This document shows, one piece after another, positions 59,696 to 64,000 of a DNA stretch of 64,000 nucleotides. The number at the start of each line of letters is the position of its first letter. Positions within the stretch are counted from its first letter, which is position 1. The DNA comes from Alloascoidea hylecoeti. Taxonomy: Eukaryota. A program made the position numbers and the translations under genes. The notes below the pieces were generated by a model. It was not told the DNA's origin, did no database searches, and saw only the letters and a list, made by a program, of their open reading frames with translations. Location of the stretch: positions 62,001-126,000 of the forward strand of contig BCKZ01000001.1 of the NCBI GenBank assembly GCA_001600815.1. The letters are read 5' to 3'.

Positions 59696-60329
59696 GTATC
59701 ATTCCGTGATATATATATCTGATAATTATTGCAAAAGAGCTTTGTTTGATTAGAAATAAGAACTGATATAAAGAAGTATTAAAGCAAATTGAAAAATCAT
59801 ATAATTAACCATCAGCAATTATACTATGAACAGTATGAATCATTTGAAAATTCTATTTAATTGGTAGATAAATATTACTAAATGAAAACAAATTTGATTC
59901 AATTAAGAAATAAAACAAAACAAAACAAAACAAAATAAAACAGAATGGTAACAAAATAATAAATGTCTGGTATTTTGTGAGTATGACGCGCTATAGTTAT
60001 TGAGTATCTGAAATTTCAAAGCTTGAAAGTTTATTATTGGTACGCGTTTGAACGCAGTACCTCCTTTGTCTTAAAACATAACTATAAACAAAGAAAAAAG
60101 AATTTTTTAAATTGATAATAATATAAATAATTAATTAATTAATAAATAAATAAATTAATAAATAAATAAATAAATGAATAAATGAATAAATATGTTAAAT
60201 AAAAATGACAATTAATGAATTTATTTGATATTAATAAAAAAAAATATGAATAAATGATTAAAAAATATAAAAAAACAAAGAAATATTAATGCATTTCATC
60301 AATTATGATTTTGATTTTCAAAAAAAAGT

Positions 60330-61403
60330 TTAAAAATTAGCAGCATGATTAATATCACCATTATTTTTAACTCTATATTGACCCAATTCATCTCTAAATA
60401 ATTCATCAGTTTCTCTATTATTACTTTGACTAATTCTATTATCTCTTCGAACCATTTCTTTTAATTTGTTTTTCCAACCACCTAATTTAACAGTTGGTAT
60501 TAAACCAGTATCTTCATTATCAGCATTTGGTATATTATTAGAATAAACAGATGACCTTGCAGATTGATTTTTTTTATTGGCTTTAGAAGATTTCTTTTTA
60601 CGTAACCACATAAATAATATGATTAATCCTAAGATTATCGCACCACCAATACCAACTACAACACCAATTACAATTCCTCTATTTTTTGATGATAAAGATG
60701 ATGATGATGATGATTCTGTTACTAATGCCGCAGATGCAGATGCAGTTGACGTTGAACCTGATGATGCAGTACCTGTTGAATCACCTTCTACTACAGTTTT
60801 TGTGTTATAAACAACAAATATTGTACCTTCGGATGTTATTGTGGATAAAGGAGTTCCGGAAATTGTAGAAGTTTCAAAAGTTGTTTGTTCAGATGCAGAA
60901 TCGGTTATTGTTGAAGAATCATGTTCAGAAGTTGTTGTTTCTTCTTTAATAGATGTAGCAATAGCGGTTGTCTGTTCAGTTTCAGTTGCAACTTCAGTAC
61001 TTGTTTTAGTTGAGCGTGGTTTTGAACTTGTAGTAGTTTCAACGATTGTGGTAGTATCCTCGTTGGAGGTAGACGTAGGAATAGCAGTAGAAGAAGTAGA
61101 AGAAGTATCAGTGGACGAGGTGGTCTCAGTGGACGAGGTGGTCTCGGGAGTAGACGTGACATCCGTGGACGAAGCATCAGCAGTAGAGATCTCGGTGGTG
61201 GATAATTCAGTGGTGGTATCAGTATTAGCAGATGAGATGTCGGTCGTTGTTGAATTGGCATCCACTCTCTTCACCAGAACAGGACCACCCCCCGCCGCGA
61301 TGTCCCCAGCCCCCTCGCCGGCACCAGCAGCGGCGGTAGTCTCAGCCCCGGCCAACTTGATCCACGCGCACAGCAGCACTTCCAGGAAAATCATCGTAAA
61401 CAC
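60330..61403 (-). CDS. Mid2/Mtl1-like cell wall stress sensor (type I membrane protein)
   Basis: Signal peptide, KR site, long Ser/Thr-rich ectodomain, SKNRGIVIGVVVGIGG transmembrane motif, basic stop-transfer segment and short tail. Confidence 0.85.
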   Translation of the reverse strand: MFTMIFLEVLLCAWIKLAGAETTAAAGAGEGAGDIAAGGGPVLVKRVDANSTTTDISSANTDTTTELSTTEISTADASSTDVTSTPETTSSTETTSSTDTSSTSSTAIPTSTSNEDTTTIVETTTSSKPRSTKTSTEVATETEQTTAIATSIKEETTTSEHDSSTITDSASEQTTFETSTISGTPLSTITSEGTIFVVYNTKTVVEGDSTGTASSGSTSTASASAALVTESSSSSSLSSKNRGIVIGVVVGIGGAIILGLIILFMWLRKKKSSKANKKNQSARSSVYSNNIPNADNEDTGLIPTVKLGGWKNKLKEMVRRDNRISQSNNRETDELFRDELGQYRVKNNGDINHAANF

Positions 61404-61753
61404 TATAAAGTTGAGAACCTTAAACTCTCCAGAAGGAGGCGGCAGACTATTTTTAGTGCGTCACGTGCGTGTCACATGGACAGCTGCCATTGCCCACCCA
61501 CGTGCCAAATATGTTTGTAAGCGTGGTACACTATAATATAAATTTTAATAGATATTCCAGGAACAATTGAGAAAAGTTTAAAAGAATTAGGTGTTGATTA
61601 TATTGATTTATATCTTCTCCATCATCCTTTCAACACAATGATTAGTTGTATAAATTATGATTTTCATGTTTTCGTTTATAATTATCTATTACTTAAGATT
61701 GGATATATAATAAACTTCCATTTACATGTTGGCGGCTTAATATTATTAATTTC

Positions 61754-61804
61754 ATCCGGGTAATACTTGTTAATATCTTACCCGGATTCACCACATCACA
61801 CGTG
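61754..61804. promoter_or_regulatory. Two inverted Reb1-type sites and an E-box upstream of PUF6
   Basis: ATCCGGGTAA (61754-61763), TTACCCGGAT (61778-61787), CACGTG (61799-61804). Confidence 0.7.
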
Positions 61805-61900
61805 ACCTCTGAAGTATTAATTTTTTTTCGTTTATGGTTAGTGAATATTTTTCATCTGTTAATTTTTCAACCCTTTCAATTTTTATCATAATTTAAAATA

Positions 61901-63886
61901 ATGGGTTCTGCAAAACATATAAAGAATGGAAGTACCGCATCAGGGAAACCTAAAAGAAAAGCAGAAGGTTTAAGTACTAAACCAACAATTAAGAAAGCAA
62001 AATCTATTTCTAAGAAAAAAGTTGAACCTGTACTAGAAAGTGAAAGTGAAAGTGAAAGTGAGACTGGTGATGAACTAGATGATATCTCAGTAAGTGGTAG
62101 TGAAAGTGAGCAAGACGATAATGGATCAGATTCTGATGATTCAAAATCAAGTTCAAGCGATGATCATGATGATGATAATTTAGATGCTGGCGATATAGAG
62201 TTGGATGATAAAGAAGATGACGATAAGATAGATGATGCTGATAAACAATCATCTAAAGAACAACGTGCTGAACAGAAGAAATTACTTAATAGTAGAAAAC
62301 TTTCAAGAAGAAATGGTGAAAAAATTCAAAATATAAAGTTTTTATGGGAAAAATTACGTGTTAAAGAAAAAATGCCACAAGAAGTTCGAACAAAATTAGT
62401 TAATCAAATTTGGGAAGAAAGTAAAGATATTATTAAAGATTTGGTTTTAAAACATGATTCATCAAGAGTTATTCAAACAATTTTTAAATATGCAAATAAA
62501 AAAATGAGATTAGATATTACAAATGCTTTAAAAGGTACTTATTATGAATTAGCAACAAGTAGTTATGGAAAATATCTTTTAGTTAAAATGTTACATTATG
62601 GTACAAAAGAAACTCGTCAACAAATTTTAGATGAATTATTTGGAAAATTTAGAAAATTAATGAGAAATAAAGAAGGTGCTTATGTTATTGAAGATGCATA
62701 TCGTGATTATTCAACAGCTGCTCAAAGAAGACAAATGATTAGAGAATTTTATGGATCATCTTTTGCTTTATTTAAAGAAGAAGGTAAAGATCAAACAATT
62801 GAACAAATTATTTCCGAAAATTCAGAAAAAAGATATATTATTATGAATAATTTAAAAGATGCAATTACATCTGCCGTTAATAAAGGATCAATTGGTTTCA
62901 CAATTGTTCATGCTATATTGCTAGAATATGTTAAAGCAATGAATGATTCTGAAAAATCTGATTTAATTGAATTAATATCAGAACAATTTGCAGAAATTGT
63001 TCATACAAATGAAGGTTCTCAAGTTGCTTGTCGTATTTTAGCGAGAGCAACAGCAAAAGAAAGAAAAAATCTAATTAAACCACTTCGTAAATTTGCAAAA
63101 GAATTAGTAAAAGATGAATTTGGTTATACTGTCTTAATTACATTATTTGATGTTGTTGATGATACAGTACTTGTTGCAAGAGCATTTTTACCTGAATTTA
63201 AAGATGATTTACCAGCTTTATTAGTCGATAAATGGGGTAGACGACCATTTCTTTATTTAATTTCTGGACTATCTTCAAAATATTTCCAAAAACAATTAAC
63301 TGATCAATTTAATATTTATCATGAATTAAGTAAAGACACTTCAAAAAAAGAAAGATCATCAAGACATTTGGAATTAAAAACAAAATTTTCACCAGCAATT
63401 ATTGATACAATAACATCATTCCCATTAGCATTATTAAAAGATAATCTTGGCTCTCAATTTATTTCAGAAGCTTTATTACGTGCTGAATATGAATCAGCAG
63501 AACAAAAAATCGCTGCTTTTAAAGCAGTTATCAATTGTTTTATTGGTGATCCAACTGAATCTAATCATTTAATTCATCACCCATTTTCTCCTCGTCTGTT
63601 AAGAGTGTTAATTCAACAAGGTAGTTGGGATAATAAAAATAAGAAATTTGATATTATTTCATCAAATATTGAAACAGATGAGACTTTTGGTGATTTGTTC
63701 GAAACAACTATTCATGATAATCTACGTGAATGGTGTACAGGAGCTGGTTCATTTGCTATAGTATCATTAGCAGAAGCTAATAAAGAACTTGGTGAAACCA
63801 TTAAAAAGGATTATAAGAAGGAATTGTTACAAGCAGGCAAAAAGGGAAATAAAGGTGCTCTTATTTTAGCAGGGAAGGCAAACTAA
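61901..63886 (+). CDS. PUF6: Pumilio-family RNA-binding/ribosome biogenesis protein Puf6
   Basis: Basic/acidic N-terminus; motifs LWEKLR, LVLKHDSSRVIQT..KY, YGKYLLVK.LHYG, REFYG, KGSIGF.I.H, HT.EG, K.GRRPFLY. Confidence 0.95.
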   Translation: MGSAKHIKNGSTASGKPKRKAEGLSTKPTIKKAKSISKKKVEPVLESESESESETGDELDDISVSGSESEQDDNGSDSDDSKSSSSDDHDDDNLDAGDIELDDKEDDDKIDDADKQSSKEQRAEQKKLLNSRKLSRRNGEKIQNIKFLWEKLRVKEKMPQEVRTKLVNQIWEESKDIIKDLVLKHDSSRVIQTIFKYANKKMRLDITNALKGTYYELATSSYGKYLLVKMLHYGTKETRQQILDELFGKFRKLMRNKEGAYVIEDAYRDYSTAAQRRQMIREFYGSSFALFKEEGKDQTIEQIISENSEKRYIIMNNLKDAITSAVNKGSIGFTIVHAILLEYVKAMNDSEKSDLIELISEQFAEIVHTNEGSQVACRILARATAKERKNLIKPLRKFAKELVKDEFGYTVLITLFDVVDDTVLVARAFLPEFKDDLPALLVDKWGRRPFLYLISGLSSKYFQKQLTDQFNIYHELSKDTSKKERSSRHLELKTKFSPAIIDTITSFPLALLKDNLGSQFISEALLRAEYESAEQKIAAFKAVINCFIGDPTESNHLIHHPFSPRLLRVLIQQGSWDNKNKKFDIISSNIETDETFGDLFETTIHDNLREWCTGAGSFAIVSLAEANKELGETIKKDYKKELLQAGKKGNKGALILAGKAN

Positions 63887-64000
63887 TAACTTATATATAT
63901 ATATTTTCCGTCTTGTACCATAGTACATTTTGTTAAGCATAGTGATATTAATTATAAATCATTTTTAAGATACTATTATTTTTAGTTGTGTTGTTATCTA

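Noticed and set aside
60841..61536. 231-aa plus-strand ORF
   Set aside because: Antisense shadow of the Ser/Thr-rich MID2-like gene; its Val/Glu-rich composition follows from the complementary codons.

Overview
AT-rich budding-yeast (Saccharomycotina-type) nuclear DNA, with short introns (GTAAGT/GTATGT donors, CTAAC/CTAAT branch points) and Reb1- and Cbf1-type promoter motifs. The first ~6.9 kb has no recognisable host gene. It holds a truncated Ty5-like copia retrotransposon (LTR plus half-tRNA PBS), two long hairpins, and a family of degenerate ~20-25 bp periodic repeats (core TATTCGGCCAC) found at three loci, two of which bracket an orphan ORF. Intact genes follow: MVD1, COQ2, a PGA3-like reductase, a YOL075C-like ABCG transporter, a hypothetical protein, MDJ1, an SBE2-like TBC protein, two tandem 3-exon RCR-family paralogs, a SulP transporter, YFH7-like, PER33/POM33-like, DAD3, ARC40, an RCK2-like kinase, a WDR83-like WD40 protein, a MID2-like sensor and PUF6. 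Relics not apparent from the ORF track include a CCH1 calcium-channel fragment, an F-box pseudogene, a third RCR1-like pseudogene, a solo LTR and a TIR-bounded insertion. All family assignments come from motif recognition by eye; no database search was run.
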